A DNA stretch of 64,000 nt from Dehalococcoidia bacterium (GCA_034422595.1 DAOUJO010000007.1:212040-276039); one strand, 5' to 3'; positions 40,959-50,663 are shown, counted from the first letter of the stretch. A program made the numbers and translations. Notes: generated by a model not told the origin, from the sequence alone.

Positions 40959-42056
40959 CTATCGCGCAGGTTCGCCGTTGGGCAAAATCACCGCCACCAT
41001 CGCCTCGAGCCGCTCGTGCGCCCCGAAGCCTTCGTTCACGTCTTCCAGCTCGTACTTGTGCGTGATGAGCTTCTCCACGGGCCTGTCAACCATTGTACGC
41101 ATGGCCTGCAACGACCGGATGATATGCCTCGGGCCGGCCGAGAAGACACCCTGCACGCGGATGACCTTGCGCGTCAGCAGCGCCGGGTTCGCCTCGAGCA
41201 GGCCGTAGTCCGTCCACTGCCCTATCACGAGGTAGCGCCCGCCGAAGCGCACCATCTCCAGCCCCTCGCGGAACGCCGTCAGCCCGCCGGACGCCTCGAC
41301 GATGAGGTCGCCCCCGCGTCCGTCGGTCAGTTCCATCACGCGTTCGATGCGGGCCTCCGGGGTGTTCCACTCCGAGATGTCCACCGTTTCGGTCGCGCCA
41401 AGCTCGCGTGCGAGCTCGAGCCTGCTCTCGGGCGCGCCGACCACGATGACCCGCCCTGCCCCGCCGAGCAGCACCTGGTTGAGCACGCCCATGCCGATGG
41501 GGCCGGAGCCCTGCACGACCACCGTGTCGCCGAGGTCGACGCCGCCGATGCGGTCGACGCCGTTCAGCGCCGTGTGGTTGCCGATGACGCTCAGCAGCGC
41601 GCGCTCGTTCGAGACGTCGTCGGGGACGCGCAGCAGCCACGGCGTCGCGCTCAACTGGATGTACTGTCCGAAGCCGCCGCGCAGGAACGGCGGCTCGTCG
41701 CAGCGGGTCGTCCCGTACGACCGCGTGTTCTGGCACGATTCGCCCACGGCGCAGCGGACGCAGCGCCCGCACGACGCGTCGCGGAAGATGACGCGGTCGC
41801 CGGGGCGCAGCGGCTCCCCAAGCACGTCGGTCTTCAACTCCGGCGAGATCTCCTCTATGACACCCACGTTCTCGTGGCCGAAGATCATCGGCGCGGGCGT
41901 GGCGTCCAGGTGCCACGCGTGCACATCCGTGCCGCAGATGGCGGCCATCTGCATCTGCACGAGCGCACCGCCCGGCTCCATCGGCAGGACGGGGAACTCC
42001 TGCACCTCCAGCGGTCTGTTCGCTCCAACGAATACGGCAGCCTTGCACGTCGTCAT
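40959..42056 (-). CDS. Zinc-dependent medium-chain alcohol dehydrogenase/reductase
   Basis: GHENVGVIEE catalytic-Zn motif, structural Cys cluster CGRCVRCAVGESC, and Rossmann motif VQGSGPIGMG. Confidence 0.85.
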   Translation of the reverse strand: MTTCKAAVFVGANRPLEVQEFPVLPMEPGGALVQMQMAAICGTDVHAWHLDATPAPMIFGHENVGVIEEISPELKTDVLGEPLRPGDRVIFRDASCGRCVRCAVGESCQNTRSYGTTRCDEPPFLRGGFGQYIQLSATPWLLRVPDDVSNERALLSVIGNHTALNGVDRIGGVDLGDTVVVQGSGPIGMGVLNQVLLGGAGRVIVVGAPESRLELARELGATETVDISEWNTPEARIERVMELTDGRGGDLIVEASGGLTAFREGLEMVRFGGRYLVIGQWTDYGLLEANPALLTRKVIRVQGVFSAGPRHIIRSLQAMRTMVDRPVEKLITHKYELEDVNEGFGAHERLEAMVAVILPNGEPAR

Positions 42057-42060
42057 GCGC

Positions 42061-43041
42061 TTAACCCTCCGTCAGTTCCAGGCGTTCCGTCCATTCGAGC
42101 CAGTCACGTATCGCCGCCTCCGGCGGGTACTGGGGCTCGTAGCCCAGCTCGCGGCGGGCGCGGCCGATGTCGAGCGCATAGTACGCCAGCGGGCCCATGC
42201 CGCGCGGGTCGAGCCCCGGCCCTACCTCTATCTGCGCGCCGGGGATGACGGCGCGGATGGCGTCCGCGAAGTCGTTGAGCGTGTAGGTGCGGCCGCTGCC
42301 GATATGGAAGACGTGGCTCTCGAATCTGTCCGCCAAGCACCCCTTGACGACGCTCTGCGCCACGTCGCGCGCGTAGGTGAGGTCGAGCCGCTGGTCGCCG
42401 CCCTGCGGGATGACGATGGGACGTCCCGCGATGGCGCTCCGGATCAGCTCGCCCCAGATCATGTTGTGGCTGCCGTGGCGCTCCGCACCCTTGCCGAGGC
42501 CGTAGATGGCGGCGAACCGCATGGCGGCGAAGTCGATGCCGAAGAGCCGCTTGTACTGGATGCCCATGAGTTCGGAGGCCGTCTTGGCCGCGCCGTAGAC
42601 GCTCCCCATGGGGTACGCCGGGAAGTCTTCGTTCACGGGGACCATCTGCGGTTCGAGGTGCTCTTCCGTCATCCGCGAGAGCGCGCCTATCGAACTCGTG
42701 AACGAGACGCGGTCGATGCCGTTGCGCTTCGCCGCTTCGAGCACGTAGACCGTCGCGAGCGCGTTGACCGAGAAGCCGAGCAAGGGGTCGGCATCGGCAG
42801 TGTCGGGGTAGACCGCGGCGAGGTGACAGATGCGTTCGATGTGGTGCTCCCTGCACGCGCGGTCCAACTGCTCCAGCGACGTGATGTCGCCCTCGACGAA
42901 CGCGAACTCGTCGCTCACGTCGCGCAGCAGCGTGAAGTCGGGACGGTTGTCGAAGACGACAGGCTCATGCCCCATCGTGAGCAGGTCGCGGGTGACCCAG
43001 CACCCGTTCACTCCCAACCCGCCTGTTACGAGGATGCGCAA
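42061..43041 (-). CDS. NAD-dependent epimerase/dehydratase (extended SDR)
   Basis: MRILVTGGLGVNG start and YGAAK catalytic motif. Confidence 0.8.
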   Translation of the reverse strand: MRILVTGGLGVNGCWVTRDLLTMGHEPVVFDNRPDFTLLRDVSDEFAFVEGDITSLEQLDRACREHHIERICHLAAVYPDTADADPLLGFSVNALATVYVLEAAKRNGIDRVSFTSSIGALSRMTEEHLEPQMVPVNEDFPAYPMGSVYGAAKTASELMGIQYKRLFGIDFAAMRFAAIYGLGKGAERHGSHNMIWGELIRSAIAGRPIVIPQGGDQRLDLTYARDVAQSVVKGCLADRFESHVFHIGSGRTYTLNDFADAIRAVIPGAQIEVGPGLDPRGMGPLAYYALDIGRARRELGYEPQYPPEAAIRDWLEWTERLELTEG

Positions 43042-43056
43042 CCCTGCCTCCCGGTA

Positions 43057-44751
43057 TCAGATGCTGACCGCGGCTTCGACCTCTTCCCTGCTCATGCCGT
43101 ACACGTCGAGCGCCGTCTCCACGGAGATGTAGCCGTTGCGGAGGTCGGATGCGACGCGCTTGCGCTCGCGCTCCTTCGGGTCGCCAACACCCGCCGCGGA
43201 TGCCGTTTCCATGCGCACGACATCGCCCGGAGCCATGGGAACGTTGGAGATGAGGCCGGTGTAGGCCTTCTCCGTGTCGGTCCCCGGGTTCATCACGACG
43301 CGGCCCGGCCTGCCGTTGCCACCGCCGTTCACGCCGCGCGCCGGAGCGAGCGTCCTCGGTGTACCGCCCGCGTACTGCGCCTGCGAGCGGACGCGGTACT
43401 CGCGCCGGAGCGCGAGGCCCCCCCGGTACTTCCCTGCCCCGCCGGTGTCCGGCACGAGGCAGAACTGCTCCATATCCACGTCGAACTCGGACTCGATGAT
43501 CTCGACGCCCGTGTACTTCGCGCCGCCGGTCCAGGAGTGCGCGGTGCCCGTGTAGCCGTCGCCGCCGTCGTATGCGCCGTTGCCGGAGACGATGATCTCG
43601 TACTGCACGTACCGCTTCGCCGCGGGGCCGCTCGTGCCCAGCACCACCATGCCGGAGACGCTGTTGTGCGCAACTGCGGGGTTGCCCGAGACCTTGCTCA
43701 GCACCTCGAACACCACGTCCTCCACGACGGGCATCGTCATCGAGTAGAAGCCCACGGGCGCGGGGAACGTCGGGCAGATGACGCTGCCCTCCCGGAACCG
43801 GCACTCGATGGCGCGCGCGAGGCCGTAGTTATTGGGCATGTCGGAGCCCATCATCGCTATCGCCGCGTAGTTCACCATGCCGCGCACGAACGGCGGACGG
43901 GCGTTCACCGGCCCCAGCGACTGATCGCCCGAGCCGCTGAAGTCCATGACAAGCCTGTCGCCCTCCTTGATGGCCGCGACGTGGATCCGGATCGTCTCGG
44001 TGGGGTTGGCAACATCGTCGATGAACGCTTCGACCTCCACCGTGCCGTCCGGCCACTGTTCGATGGCCTGGCGGGCGCGCACCTCGGTGCGGTCCCCGAT
44101 GCCCTTGAACGCGTCCAGCACGGCTTCCTTGCCGTAGGTTTCCACCGTGTGGCCGAGGCGCCGGACGCCGATGCTCCAGAGCGCGCCCGCCTGCGCCTCC
44201 AGGTCCCCCAGCACGAGTTCCGGCGTGCGCGTGTTGGAACGCAGGAACTGTACGACCTCCTTGTGCAACACGCGCTGCCGCATGAACTGCACCGGCAGTA
44301 TCGAGAGTCCCTCGCCGAACAGGTCCCGCGCTATCGCGTTGCGCGAGCCGGGCGATTGCCCGCCGATGTCCACCTTGTGGCCCATGCTGGCGCAGAATGC
44401 GATGACTTCATCTCCGGCGAAAACGGGCATGACAACGACCATGTCGCTCGGATGGGGGCACCCGGAATGGTACGGGTGGTTCGTGAGGAAGCAGTCTCCC
44501 TCTCGCATCTCCTCGACGTCGTAGAACTCCAGCACGCCGCGCACGCAGTCCGGGTATGCGCCGAGATGTGTCGGCAGCGGCGAATGCTGGCCGACAACGT
44601 TGCCGTAGCGGTCGGTGATGCCGGCGGAGAAATCGTGGGACTCGCGGATGATGGTGGAATAGCCGGTGCGGAGGACGGCGGCCTGCATCTCGCGAACGAT
44701 GCCGTCCAGCCGGGCTCGTATGACTTCCTGCGTTATGACGTCCGTCGCCAT
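43057..44751 (-). CDS. hyuB: Hydantoinase B/oxoprolinase/acetone-carboxylase-alpha family protein (paralogue 1)
   Basis: ATG 44751 after GGGAGGGA. DVITQEVIRARLDGIVREMQAAVLRTGYSTIIRESHDFSAGITD is the canonical HyuB N-terminus. 564 aa. Confidence 0.85.
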   Translation of the reverse strand: MATDVITQEVIRARLDGIVREMQAAVLRTGYSTIIRESHDFSAGITDRYGNVVGQHSPLPTHLGAYPDCVRGVLEFYDVEEMREGDCFLTNHPYHSGCPHPSDMVVVMPVFAGDEVIAFCASMGHKVDIGGQSPGSRNAIARDLFGEGLSILPVQFMRQRVLHKEVVQFLRSNTRTPELVLGDLEAQAGALWSIGVRRLGHTVETYGKEAVLDAFKGIGDRTEVRARQAIEQWPDGTVEVEAFIDDVANPTETIRIHVAAIKEGDRLVMDFSGSGDQSLGPVNARPPFVRGMVNYAAIAMMGSDMPNNYGLARAIECRFREGSVICPTFPAPVGFYSMTMPVVEDVVFEVLSKVSGNPAVAHNSVSGMVVLGTSGPAAKRYVQYEIIVSGNGAYDGGDGYTGTAHSWTGGAKYTGVEIIESEFDVDMEQFCLVPDTGGAGKYRGGLALRREYRVRSQAQYAGGTPRTLAPARGVNGGGNGRPGRVVMNPGTDTEKAYTGLISNVPMAPGDVVRMETASAAGVGDPKERERKRVASDLRNGYISVETALDVYGMSREEVEAAVSI

Positions 44752-44845
44752 CAACCATCCCTCCCGCCTGGGTGGTGATAACCTATGCGCGCCACGAGGG
44801 GCTGTCAAACCTGCGCAGCGCTTTGCGCGAACGCCTGGGCGCCCC

Positions 44846-44851
44846 TATAGT
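44846..44851 (+). promoter_or_regulatory. Candidate -10 box (TATAGT) for hyuA
   Basis: Lies in the 136-bp divergent hyuB1/hyuA spacer, 36 nt before the ATG and upstream of the AAGGAAGG RBS. Confidence 0.3.
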
Positions 44852-44887
44852 TCGCGTTCGATCCCACGCAAGGAAGGCTGGTTCCAG

Positions 44888-46936
44888 ATGAAGACGGTTG
44901 CAGTAGACACGGGCGGAACGTTCACCGACATGGTCGTGCTCGAGCACGAGTCCGGCGAAGTCGACGTGCTGAAGGTACCGTCCACGCCCCAGGACCCCGG
45001 ACGCGCAATCATCGACGGCCTGCGCGAGCTGCTCGACGCCAACCTCGAGGCCGACGAAGTGGCTTCGTTCACCCACGGAACGACAGTCGGTACGAACATC
45101 CTCGTGCAGGACAAGGGCGCGCGCGTGGGGCTGCTCATCACGGACGGCTTCAGCGGCGTGAACGACGTCTGGCACATCCCGCGGTTCGGCAGCGACCTGT
45201 CCGACATCTACGTGGAGAAGAACCCGCCCGTGGAGCCGTGGCTGCGCGAGGAGATCGTGGAGCGCGTCGACTACAAGGGCAACGTGAAGAAGCCGCTGGA
45301 CGTGGAGCAGGCGCGTGAAGCCGTGAAGCGTCTCAAGAAGAAGGGCGCGGAGTCCGTTGCCGTCGTGCTGCTGTTCTCGTTCCTGAACCCGGAGCACGAG
45401 CGGGCGCTCGGCGAGATGATCAAGGAGGAGTTCCCGGACGGTTCGGTCTCGCTCTCGTCGGAGATACTGCCGCAGATACGCGAGTTCCCCCGCCTGAGCA
45501 CCACAGTCGCGAACGCGCGGCTTGCTCCCGCGATGATCGACTACCTCGGCAAGCTGGCCGCCGGGCTTCGCGGCCTCGGCATCACCACCGAGCAGCTCTA
45601 CATCATGCAGAGCAACGGGGGCGTCGCGAAGATCACGAGCGTCATCCCCATCACCACCCTGCTCTCCGGCCCGTGCGCCGGTTCCGAGGCGGGGATGCAG
45701 ATAGCCGATTCCGCCGGGTTCTCCAACATGGTGTCGTTCGACATGGGCGGCACGAGCAGCGACATCGCGCTCGGCGAGAACGGCTCCGTGCTCGAGCAGA
45801 CGTCCGTGCTCGTCGGCGACTGGGAGATAGCGGCGCCGATGCTGATGATCAACACCATCGGCGCGGGCGGCGGCACCATCGCGTGGATAGACGGCGGCGG
45901 CGCGCTGCAGGTCGGCCCACACAGCGCGGGCGCGGACCCCGGCCCGGTTGCCTACGACAAGGGAGGCACCCAGCCGACCGTGACCGACGCCAACCTGCTG
46001 CTCGGCTTCCTGCACCCGGAGTACCTGCTGGGCGGCAAGGTGAAGACGAACAGGCAGAAGGCGTACGAGGCCGTCGCGGACATGGGCAGGCAACTCGGCA
46101 TCGAGCCGATGGCCACTGCCGAGGGCATCATCCGCATCATCAACGCGAAGATGGAGGAGGGCATCCGCGAAGTCTCGACCGAGCGCGGGTACGACCTCCG
46201 CAACTTCGTGCTCGTCGCGTTCGGCGGCGCGGGGCCGGTACATGCCGGACGACTCGCCGCCGACCTCGGCATGAGCAAGGTTGTCGTCCCGCCGATGCCG
46301 GGCGTGAGCTCGGCGCTCGGCCTCATCATGGCGGACCCGCGCCGCGACTTCGTGCGCTCCCGCCTGACCGACCTCGAACAGCTGGGCGCGGGCGAGCTGG
46401 GCTCCATCTTCGGGGCGTTGCGCGACCACGCGATCGGTGAGTTCAAAGCGGACGGCTTCGACGAGGACTCCATCGGCTGTTCGTTCTCGGTGGACCTGCG
46501 GTACCAGGGCCAGGGCTACGAGCTGAACGTCCCCGCGGGGGACGACGTCAACCTGAGCGCGCAGGCCATCGCCGACATACGCGAGCGGTTCGACCAGGCG
46601 CACGAGCAGCTGTTCGGTCACAGCGCAAAGACGGAGCCGGTGGAGGCGGTGAACTACCGCGTCCGCGCGACGGTGCGCGTGCCGAAGTTCTCCATGAAGC
46701 GCCATGAACGCGCCACGGGGTCGGCGGACAGCGCGAAGATAGGCGAGCGCGAGGTGTACTTCGACCGTGCGTCCGGAATGACGCCGACGCCGGTGTTCGA
46801 GCGCACGCTGCTCGCGCCCGGCCACGAGGTCGGAGGCCCGGCCATCGTCGAGCAATTGGACAGCACGACGGTCGTCTACCCCGGCCAGCAAGCGCTCGTG
46901 GACGACTACGGCAACCTCATCATCTCCATCGGCTGA
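44888..46936 (+). CDS. hyuA: Hydantoinase A/oxoprolinase family protein (ATP-binding subunit)
   Basis: ATG 44888. VAVDTGGTFTDMVVL actin-like ATPase motif, with a second motif SFDMGGTSSDIAL. 682 aa. Confidence 0.85.
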   Translation: MKTVAVDTGGTFTDMVVLEHESGEVDVLKVPSTPQDPGRAIIDGLRELLDANLEADEVASFTHGTTVGTNILVQDKGARVGLLITDGFSGVNDVWHIPRFGSDLSDIYVEKNPPVEPWLREEIVERVDYKGNVKKPLDVEQAREAVKRLKKKGAESVAVVLLFSFLNPEHERALGEMIKEEFPDGSVSLSSEILPQIREFPRLSTTVANARLAPAMIDYLGKLAAGLRGLGITTEQLYIMQSNGGVAKITSVIPITTLLSGPCAGSEAGMQIADSAGFSNMVSFDMGGTSSDIALGENGSVLEQTSVLVGDWEIAAPMLMINTIGAGGGTIAWIDGGGALQVGPHSAGADPGPVAYDKGGTQPTVTDANLLLGFLHPEYLLGGKVKTNRQKAYEAVADMGRQLGIEPMATAEGIIRIINAKMEEGIREVSTERGYDLRNFVLVAFGGAGPVHAGRLAADLGMSKVVVPPMPGVSSALGLIMADPRRDFVRSRLTDLEQLGAGELGSIFGALRDHAIGEFKADGFDEDSIGCSFSVDLRYQGQGYELNVPAGDDVNLSAQAIADIRERFDQAHEQLFGHSAKTEPVEAVNYRVRATVRVPKFSMKRHERATGSADSAKIGEREVYFDRASGMTPTPVFERTLLAPGHEVGGPAIVEQLDSTTVVYPGQQALVDDYGNLIISIG

Positions 46937-47013
46937 CGGTTACCGCGCCCCTGCGCAGTCCGGGCTGAACGGTCGGCTCCGGCTGCCTGTCCGCATGCGC
47001 AGATCTACCCCTA

Positions 47014-47031
47014 AAGTGAAATCTTTCACTT
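47014..47031. promoter_or_regulatory. Perfect 18-bp palindrome AAGTGAAATCTTTCACTT overlapping a TTGACT -35-like hexamer: candidate operator
   Basis: Lies in the only AT-rich stretch of the hyuA/ABC intergenic region. TTGACT is at 47030..47035. A second hairpin TATCCGG-N7-CCGGATA is at 47070..47090. Confidence 0.45.
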
Positions 47032-47123
47032 GACTTTCAAGCGCATGACTGATATGCGTTTTCCACCTGTATCCGGTTAACAGCCGGATAAGGAAATCAC
47101 ATGGATAGCAGGGGGAGGACCTG

Positions 47124-48431
47124 ATGCACTTCGGACCCATTCGCGCAAGAATCCTGCTGGCGTTCGCCGCACTGATGAGCATCTCGCTCATCGCTTCGGC
47201 GTGCGGCGCAGACCCAACGGCAACGCCCGTGCCGCCCACCGCGACGCCGACACCGGCTCCGGCCATGGACGATAAGCCGGATCCGACGCCGACGCCCGTG
47301 CCCCCGACGCCAACCCCGGAGCCTGAGCCGCAGGTGCTCAAGCTCGGTTTCACCGTCCCGCAGTCCGGCTCCTACGCCCACTGGGGACGGCTCGTCTCCG
47401 CCATGCAGTGCGCCATCGACGAAGTACACGCGAGCGGCGACCTCGGTTCCACGACTATCGAACTCCTCCCCGAGGACTCGAAGGCAGACCAGGCGGAGGG
47501 CGTCTCCGGACTCCGCAAGCTGGCCACAGTGAACGACGCTCCGGTCGTCATGACCATCTTCACCGGCATCGGGCTTGCCCAGAAGCCGGTCGCTTCCGAA
47601 CTCGAAGTTGTGCTGTTCAGCTCCGGCATCCAGAACCCCATGTTCGCTTACGACAGCCCGTGGGTGTTCCGCAACGCGCTGAACACGACGCTCAACGCTG
47701 ACGCGCTGGTCCGCTGGCTGGACGACTACGCGGGCGGCTCCGGTGAGGACCTCAGCGGCCTGCGCTACGCCTACATCAAGGAGGAGGGCAACGACTCGAT
47801 CGACCTGCAGGTTGACCGGCTGCACGTGCTCTCCGACGCGCTGGGCTTCGAGATCGTCGCCGAGGAGACGTTCCAGAAGGATGACGTCTCGTTCGACACG
47901 CAGATCACGAAGATGAAGGCCGCCGAACCGGACGTCGTTCAGCTGATGTCGCTCGGCAAGGAGATGGGCCTCATCATCAACACGATGGCCCAGCAAGGGC
48001 TCGAGCCCAAGTACACCATCTCCGGCGGCGGAGCCGAGGGCAACACGGAGCTGATCGACGTGGCCGGCGCAGCCGCGAACGGCCTGGTCTACTCCGCCCC
48101 GGGCCAGTTCGACAAGGAAGCCGACGCGCGCGCTCCGCGCTTCATCGACTGCTACGCGGGCAAGGAAGGCAACGACCCCGACACCTACGCCACGCACTTC
48201 TACGACGGCACGCTCGTCATCGCCGAGGCGCTGAAGATGGGCGCAGACGCGACCTCTTCCGAGTCGATGCGCGACCACCTCGCAGAAGTCCGGGAGATCA
48301 CCGGCCTCGCCGGACTCTGGGTCTTCGACGAGGGCGGCGACGCCTGGGCGCCGCCGGGTATCGGCCATGTCGTGAACGGCGAGTTCGTCAACCTCGTCCC
48401 GCAGATCGAGCCGTACCGGGACATCCAGTAG
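47124..48431 (+). CDS. Lipoprotein, ABC transporter substrate-binding protein (Leu/Ile/Val-binding, type I PBP fold) with a PT-rich linker
   Basis: Lipobox LIASACG, then the linker PTATPVPPTATPTPAPAMDDKPDPTPTPVPPTPTPEPEP. It is followed by livHMGF-type genes. GGGGGAGG RBS. Confidence 0.8.
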   Translation: MHFGPIRARILLAFAALMSISLIASACGADPTATPVPPTATPTPAPAMDDKPDPTPTPVPPTPTPEPEPQVLKLGFTVPQSGSYAHWGRLVSAMQCAIDEVHASGDLGSTTIELLPEDSKADQAEGVSGLRKLATVNDAPVVMTIFTGIGLAQKPVASELEVVLFSSGIQNPMFAYDSPWVFRNALNTTLNADALVRWLDDYAGGSGEDLSGLRYAYIKEEGNDSIDLQVDRLHVLSDALGFEIVAEETFQKDDVSFDTQITKMKAAEPDVVQLMSLGKEMGLIINTMAQQGLEPKYTISGGGAEGNTELIDVAGAAANGLVYSAPGQFDKEADARAPRFIDCYAGKEGNDPDTYATHFYDGTLVIAEALKMGADATSSESMRDHLAEVREITGLAGLWVFDEGGDAWAPPGIGHVVNGEFVNLVPQIEPYRDIQ

Positions 48432-48446
48432 GATCGATTGACACGA

Positions 48447-48475
48447 GGGGCTCCTCCGGTCGGAGGAGCCCCTTT
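48447..48475 (+). terminator. Rho-independent-type hairpin between the SBP and permease genes (intra-operon attenuator)
   Basis: GGGGCTCCTCCG-GT-CGGAGGAGCCCC: a perfect 12-bp stem followed by TTT. Confidence 0.6.
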
Positions 48476-48486
48476 AAGACTACTCA

Positions 48487-49398
48487 GTGGAAACCTTCAT
48501 CCAGATAGGCATCAACGCCCTCTCGCTCGGGGCCATCTATGCCCTGCTGTCGCTGGGGTTCGCGGTCATCTACAACACCGTGCGCATCTTCCACGTGCTG
48601 CACGGCGCGGCGTTCCTCATCGCGGGCTACGCCACGTGGTGGCTGGCACAGGAGCAGGGGCTGCCCATCTTCTTCGCGGCCTCCATCGCAGTCATCCTCG
48701 CGGGCGCATCGGGCATCTTCATGGAGCTCGCCGTCTACCGGCGGTTGCGGGTACGCGGCGCGGGCTTCCTCGTCTCGTTCCTGGGTTCGCTCGCGGCGCT
48801 CTTCTTCTTCGAGGGCCTGCTGCTCACCATCGCCCGCACGACTGCCCGGCTGCCCCGGCCCGGAGGGCCCCTGCCGACGTTCAACCTGCAGATCGAGGCG
48901 CTCGACATCGACCTCTTCATCAAGTGGCACGCGGTCAACACCATCGTGCTGGTCGCCATCCTCGTGGTCGCCGTGACGCTTTTCTTCCGCTACACGAAGT
49001 GGGGACGCATGATCCGCGCCATCGCCTCGAACCCAGACCTTGCGGTCGCGGTGGGCATCAACGCCTCGCAGGTCTACCTGATGGTGTTCGTGCTCGGCTC
49101 GACGCTCGCCGGCATCGGCGGTGTCATGCAGACGTACGAGGGCGGCGTCATCCCGAACGTCGGCATCCGGCTGGCCATCACGGCGGCGGGCGGAGTCATC
49201 ATCGGCGGCATCGGGAGCATGCCCGGCGCGGTTGTGGGCGGACTGGCGCTTGGACTGGCGCAGACCATCGCGAGCTATTACTTCGGCGGCAACTGGGCGA
49301 TACCCGCGGGGTTCATCCTGTTGCTGCTCGTCATCCTGTTCCGGCCCTACGGACTTCTGGGAACGCGGGAACACCGCGAACTGCGGAGGCTGCTGTGA
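48487..49398 (+). CDS. livH: Branched-chain amino acid-type ABC transporter permease (LivH family)
   Basis: 303 aa polytopic protein. GTG start. Sits in SBP-permease-permease-ATPase-ATPase order. Confidence 0.8.
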   Translation: METFIQIGINALSLGAIYALLSLGFAVIYNTVRIFHVLHGAAFLIAGYATWWLAQEQGLPIFFAASIAVILAGASGIFMELAVYRRLRVRGAGFLVSFLGSLAALFFFEGLLLTIARTTARLPRPGGPLPTFNLQIEALDIDLFIKWHAVNTIVLVAILVVAVTLFFRYTKWGRMIRAIASNPDLAVAVGINASQVYLMVFVLGSTLAGIGGVMQTYEGGVIPNVGIRLAITAAGGVIIGGIGSMPGAVVGGLALGLAQTIASYYFGGNWAIPAGFILLLLVILFRPYGLLGTREHRELRRLL

Positions 49399-50660
49399 CC
49401 ACCGACGCACAGGAACCGCAAGCGCTCAGCGACGGAGAGGTCGACGAGGAGCAGGCCGGGGCTGTCGAGCCACTGGAAGGCTGGCGCGCCGTCGTAACTC
49501 CGAACCGGACGCTCGTCGCCTTCGGCGCATTGATGCTGCTGGCGCTCATCCCATTCGGCACGGGGCACGTCACCGGGGCGTTCGTAACAACGGTCCACGC
49601 CGTCGGCAGCGTCGCGGTGCTGATCGTCGCAGCGCTGCAACAGAAGTACGGCCTGGGGGCGTTCGCGCTCTTCATCCTGGTCCTCTCTCTGCTGTGGCGC
49701 TTCGAGCTGGGGCTGAGCGACGAATACATGGCGCACCTCATCGTCGTGGCCAGCGTCTTCTCCATACTGGCATCCTCGCTGAACATGTCGGTCGGCTACA
49801 CGGGACTGATGAGCCTGTCGCACGCCGGGTTCATGGGCATCGGCGCGTACGCGTTCGCCGTCCTGACGACGGAGACGCTCAACCCGCCGCCCGGCGCAGA
49901 GGTGTTCAGCCTCCCCTACTGGCCGTCAATCATTGTCGCTGGCCTCGTCGCTTCGGTCGTGGCCTTCATCGTCTCGCCGATCCTGCGGTTGCGCGGTCAC
50001 TTCTTCGTGCTGGCGACCGTAACGGTGATGCTGAGCCTCTCGCAGGTGATACTCGCGTGGCGTTGGATGACGAACGGCTCGCTCGCCATCCGCGAGGTGC
50101 CGCGCCCGGTGATCTTCGGCTACGCGTTCGACACCGCCGACAAGTTCCTGCTGTTCAGCATCCCCATCGCCATCATCTGCATCATCATCCTCTGGCGGCT
50201 AGTGGAATCTCCCTACGGGCGCGTGCTGACGACGATCCGCGCGAACCCGGCGGTCGCAGAGAGCATCGGCAAGAACGTCGGCTTCGTGCGGCTGCGCGTC
50301 TACGTCATCACCGCGTTCTTCGCGGGGGTGGCCGGCGCGGTGTACGTCTCGTATGTCACGGTCGCGGCGCACTCGCAGTACCTCGTCGAGTTCAGCACGT
50401 TCCTGCTCATCATGGTGGTGCTGGGCGGCTCCGGTCGGTGGCTCGGCGCGGTGCTGGGCGCGCTCGCCTATGTGACGGTCTCGGAAGTGGTGCGCTACGT
50501 GCCGGAGATCACCGAGTGGTTCCACTCCTACGTCTCGTTCTTCCCGGTCATCCCCGGCGAGAAGACGGGCGGCATCACCACGATGACCTGGGGCGCGCTG
50601 CTCTTCTTCCTCATGCTGTTCAGGCCGCAGGGCATCATCGGCAGGTACCGGCTGGAGTAA
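49395..50660 (+). CDS. livM: Branched-chain amino acid-type ABC transporter permease (LivM family)
   Basis: GTG 49395 overlaps the livH stop (GTGA). An acidic N-terminal tail is followed by about 9 TM helices. The upstream part of ORF 48438..50660 is shadow. Confidence 0.75.
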   Translation: MTTDAQEPQALSDGEVDEEQAGAVEPLEGWRAVVTPNRTLVAFGALMLLALIPFGTGHVTGAFVTTVHAVGSVAVLIVAALQQKYGLGAFALFILVLSLLWRFELGLSDEYMAHLIVVASVFSILASSLNMSVGYTGLMSLSHAGFMGIGAYAFAVLTTETLNPPPGAEVFSLPYWPSIIVAGLVASVVAFIVSPILRLRGHFFVLATVTVMLSLSQVILAWRWMTNGSLAIREVPRPVIFGYAFDTADKFLLFSIPIAIICIIILWRLVESPYGRVLTTIRANPAVAESIGKNVGFVRLRVYVITAFFAGVAGAVYVSYVTVAAHSQYLVEFSTFLLIMVVLGGSGRWLGAVLGALAYVTVSEVVRYVPEITEWFHSYVSFFPVIPGEKTGGITTMTWGALLFFLMLFRPQGIIGRYRLE

Positions 50661-50663
50661 CGC

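Noticed and set aside
41302-44778. 1158-aa ORF on the + strand, the longest ORF in the track
   Set aside because: It runs antisense across the ADH, epimerase and hyuB1 genes. Its translation is Arg/Ala/Gly/His/Pro-rich with no recognisable motif, while the opposite strand encodes three proteins with clear family signatures and RBSs. It is a typical shadow ORF of high-GC DNA.
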